Origin: the human T2T-CHM13v2.0 reference genome, Homo sapiens
Length of the DNA stretch: 64,000 bases
Direction: 5' to 3' (one strand)
NCBI RefSeq assembly: GCF_009914755.1
Contig: NC_060933.1
In this document: one piece after another, positions 59,259 to 64,000 of the stretch
How positions within the stretch are numbered: the first letter of the stretch is position 1
Layout: every line of letters begins with the position of its first letter
Notes under the pieces: generated by a model
The model's input: the letters and a program-made list of their open reading frames with translations, nothing else
Databases searched by the model: none
What the model was told of the DNA's origin: nothing
Translations under genes and position numbers: made by a program

Positions 59259-62200
59259 ATGTTAACGTAATGGAAACTATTCTAATTTGTTAACTATGTA
59301 ATTGTGCAATGGTTAGTTATATTCTGAAATGTGTCTCTCAGTTCTCATAAAAATCAAAGAACTTTCCATGTAAAAGTTGTTGGATTGGCAAACAAACTTT
59401 GTATCTTATTTTCTGTTGGCTAACACCATATACCTTCCCTTAAAATGGCCTTGTGCACATTTATAAAGAAACTGAAAATTTGTGGGAAAAATGACTATTA
59501 AGGATCAAACTCCAGATAAGAGGGCAAAAGTTAACTAAGCTTAAATAGATATATTATAATGTAAGGGAGAGAGAAAATGGGATGAAAATCCACAAGATGG
59601 CATATTTATATAGGGGACATTTAATAGTGGAGGTCTTTCTAGGAAAGTCTAGTAAAGTTAGCTAGGAGCTGTCTCATCTGCTGCCAGATAGCATAACCCA
59701 TATGTAAAGAGTAAATAGGATTTCGAATTGACAATTATCTCTGTGCTTGGAGCTGTAAAGAACCAAGATGTCACTGACACTGTTCCTTATTTCATGGTCC
59801 TTAAAGATAAAAGGATGTCTATAATGGTGAAATAGTATTAATCATAGGATAACCAAAGAAACAGTAACCTTATAAACATTAGAAACATTAACTTTGTAAA
59901 AACTTAAATATAATCTCGTTGGTGGTCAAAACACACTTTCAAAATGCATGAATCTGCAAGCTGGTTTTAATGACACTATCATGGAAGCCCATGACAGGGA
60001 TGCTGCTGATTAATGGGCTAATAAATTATTTAATTGGATTTTTCCCTCCATTCAATTGTAAAATCTATGCATTTCTTAGCTTATGTAAGGTCTGTTAGTG
60101 CCTTCCTAAGCATTCTATTTTGTCAAAATGTAGACTGAAGAAGTAAATAGAAGACTTATACACTTAACCACAACTTTTGACATTAAACTTTTTTTTTTAA
60201 CTCAGTACTGTTAACTCAAAACAATGTCATGAATGGTGAATACAGCAAGCCTTCCTTGTGTATGTTTGTTTTTAAAGATGATGCTGGTTTAACTATAATT
60301 CTAAGTCAGGAATTTCCTCACACTTCCCAATTTAGAACCTTCAGTTAATTAAAGGTCAGTCTTTATGATGTAAAAGTTTGCTAATAAAAGCCTTGCCAGT
60401 TCTTTTTTTCTTACAACTGTGTAAGCAATCCCTAGATGATCTATTTCAAATGTGATTTTAAATTCTGAAATGGGAAAAATCTTCTAAAGCCAATAATCAG
60501 ATGTATAAGATATATGGGATTCAGCATTTGGAGGGATACGCACTACTACTGACTCATATTCTCAGGACCAAATTGGATCCTCAATAAAATGCCTTAAGTA
60601 GCACCTTGAAATTTGATTCAGTGTGATTTGTACATATTCAATAGCTAATATGTGCTAGATTCCATGCTATTAAACCGAGGCTTCATTTCACCACGCTCTC
60701 ATTTCATCACCATCAAATGAATATGTATAGGGTACTTCCTATGTCTATGCCATTTAAAAGCATAAGAAGAAATACAAGAAAACAGAATACCTGCCCTCAG
60801 GGAACTGTCTCAGAGCAACATGTACCAAAAAGTTTTAATTAGGATTGATGTCTGATTGGGCAAGAGATCTCACCTCATTCATCTTTGTCTTCTGAGCAAG
60901 TGACACAGCACCCTGTCCAAGAGCACCCAAAGAATGTTTGGGGACCTGAATGGTATTATGAGTAATTTTGTACTGTATAGATAGAAAGATTTCCCTTCTA
61001 AAGTTTGTCCTAGTTCTAAAATAATTCCCAGGAGGGAAAACTGATGCTTTACACATTGATTACTCCTCTTCTTAATTCCCAAGGGTCACTGAGTATGTAT
61101 CACCATGTTGTGCTTAATTGTTCTCAAAATCACTTATACTCAGTTTCAAAGCCACATACTGAAGCCATATATACAAGACTCAGACTAAATATATCATATG
61201 GCAAAACGTAATATTATAAAAATATATTTAACGAATCATTTTCTTGGTTATCTGGTTAACTTTTCTCTATGTATATCTTTTAAAGATATCACATATCACC
61301 TTATTCAAACGTCAACTGCTGCTCAGATGATAAGGGGAAAGATTACATGAAGATGATTTTTGTGTTTGGCAATAGGGTGCCAGGGAGAAACCTAGTTTTT
61401 AAATTCCAGCTGGGCTGTGAGCCAGTTGCTTCATTATAAAGTGCTTTATTATTATTATTATAAGAACTGTCTACCTAATAGGTACTAAATGAAACACTAT
61501 ATACACATAAGCTATTAATGTAGTACCTAGCATATAGTAGATGCTTCATAAATATTAAATTCCTTTCTATTTCTGTGGAAACATGGATTTACCCTCAAGA
61601 GGTTGTCTCCGTAGTTAGAAAATCTGATTATCCTCCTTCAAATTTTGCTCTGAATGAAACAGCGTTTGTGTTTATGCCCCTCTTTACTCTGAACCATTAC
61701 AGGTAATTTCCACAGCTTTGGGAATAATATAGCAAACTCCAAATGTCTATATAAAACAAAAAATCATGTATAATTTAGTGTCGCAAATCAACACCTACAC
61801 TGTAGGTTTTTAAATTACTTTCTATGAAACTGTAGTTTAAAAAATTTACGCATTTGAAAAAAAATCAACTGTAGTTATTTTAATCACACAGAATAAAAGT
61901 TATTGCAAATACTCTTCAACATGTCTGAAATCATAGAAATTTGCTGATAAATATTAGTAAATACTTCATTTATCCTCATCACCTACTATTTTATGACCAG
62001 ATTGAAAGGCCAACAGACTATTTGAGTAAGAAGGACTACCTAATTGATATGAAAGTCTAAAAGCCACCAAAATATTCTACGAGCAATACTGAACAAAACA
62101 AATACGCAAGATCTGCAATGCATGAGCTTAAAGTAATGAGATCAAATAATTCTAAAATGCTGTTTGATATAATTTCATTTCTCCATTTCTTGACAGTCAT

Positions 62201-62457
62201 TGTATTCCTTGAAGTTGAGGCATCCATTGGTTCAAGCGAAAGGTAGAATGCAGCAAATACAATTATACTCTACTTTTAAATTTCAAAATGAGTTCTTAAT
62301 GGCCATGTCAGAAACAATACTTGTAAGAGCCAGAGCTTTTATTTGTAAGAGCTAGTCTTTGTTGAGAGGATGGATTTAGGAGGCCCAATGAGACAAAGCT
62401 GAAAGACTCAGCATAGAGATTATTAATGTCAATTGCAGAATATGGAATAAATATTCT

Positions 62458-62509
62458 AAAAAAAAAAAGGAAGGAAGGAAGAAAGAAGGAAGGAAGGAGG
62501 GGAGGGAGG
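62458..62509. repeat. Short (GGAA)n repeat
   Basis: aaaaggaaggaaggaagaaagaaggaaggaaggaggggagggagg. Confidence 0.85.
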
Positions 62510-64000
62510 CTTTGTAAGTTATAGTATGGACTGAAGAGACTACAAAGGGAGAAGTCAAGAATTAAGAAAAAAGCATAGTGCTATGTCACTGAGAAAGGCC
62601 TAGGGAAGATATCTCGTGGCCACAGTAAAGTGAAAGCAGATGTGTGCAGAGTTTCGGAACTTGAAGCCTAAGGCCACTTCAGACTCTAGGGACACTAGCA
62701 CTGGGCGCTCACCAATGCTCAGAGACTAGGCAAATCTCGTTTCTTCACCCACAGTGGCCTGAAGGAACCCAGAGGACTTCCTGGACACCCCACCCCATCC
62801 CACCATCACGGTGTGATGTAAGCTTCTCCATCTTCCCTAAGAAAAGGAAAGGGACAGGGAGATGGGACAAAATAACCCTGGACTCATTGCCCTATAAAAA
62901 ACCTAAACTGTGTAAAGGAAGAGAACAAATTACTGTGAAAAGGTAAGACAAAGTTTATTTTCCTCCACCATCAACAGAAATGGAAGCTCAACACCAAGTG
63001 GAGTTAATTATAGAAAACAAAGTTAAATATCTCTTTATCTGCATTCTGCAGTAGACATTTTAACAGGTTACAGTGATTTTTTTTAGATGTTGACTTTTGA
63101 ACACTGGTAAATGAAGGAGAAATATGTAATAAAAATCTCAAGATGGAGTATTAGAGAAATGGCAATAAGTCAGAGTGACTAAGGTAAAATACATGCGTGA
63201 GCAATCCCCATACCACTAGCTATGATCCCATGCATTTCTTGGCACTTTACTGTTTTTACATTTTTAGCTCATTAGTGAGAAGATATAAGCTCCCTGAGGG
63301 ACAGAGGAGAGAAATCCTGTAAAACAGAGCTCAAGCTTTGCCTAGAGTTAGTGAAAATTAAATCTAATAGCCTAGCTTTTGTCACTAGCTTATTAAATTA
63401 CAGAGATACAGAAAATAAAACTATTATCAAGACCTCAGGAGAAAAGGTAGAACATAAAGGTGTTACATTATTTTAAATAGGTTTTTAATAGAAATACTTA
63501 GGGAAAATAAAACTATGCTTTATGTTTATTGTATTGCAATGATTGTTCAAGATTTGTTTCTGTGAATTACAAAAACAAAAAAAAAAGATTCTAATTCCTA
63601 TACAAAAACTTGTGGAACACACACTTGAGGCTAGCCATTCTATAAAATACATATATTTTAAAACAACATATTGTACACAATAAATATATAGTTTTTGTTA
63701 AGTGAAATTAATATGTTAGTAACTCACACACGCTTATGAACACAGACACATACATATTGGAGACCAATACACAAAATTGTTAGCTTGAAGAAACTGCACA
63801 CATAATTGATGCAACAAATTGAACTTGGTGTACATAAATTGTCTACACAGCTATAGAGATAGTAATATTATATACTTATACTATTTTATTGCAGTCATGC
63901 TGAATTAACATACCAAGTTAAGGATAGAGTTCTTCAGGTCTGGTTTTGATTTGAGTTTTGCTTTTCAGCTAGACTATTTTTTCCAAACTAGTGTCAGCTT

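Noticed and set aside
62321-62361. Imperfect tandem duplication ttgtaagagc x2
   Set aside because: Short local duplication with no further structure

Overview
AT-rich, CpG-depleted primate genomic DNA, most likely human or ape (AluJ/S/Y, L1PA, THE1, MLT1, MER20, MADE2, L2 and MIR are present), of intronic or intergenic character. I see no recognisable protein-coding gene, RNA gene, CpG island or CRISPR array. The only ORFs I can assign to a known protein are decayed LINE-1 ORF1/ORF2 pieces; the rest look like Alu, simple-repeat or chance ORFs. I cannot name the locus, and I do not see evidence for a new multi-gene system. The most notable items are: (1) a 1.13-kb almost pure purine array grown inside an Alu tail, with a regular 43/43/64/64 (214-bp) higher-order period; (2) an Alu with a 5' inversion showing twin-priming hallmarks; (3) an L1PA7-like element with both ends intact and an internal ORF1-ORF2 deletion; (4) a CTCF core plus upstream motif in a CpG-retaining patch; (5) several minus-strand exon candidates, including a 22-nt micro-exon with consensus splice sites, three of which can be joined into a 79-aa ORF (hypothesis only). 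Repeat subfamily calls and the boundaries of old repeats are by eye and approximate.
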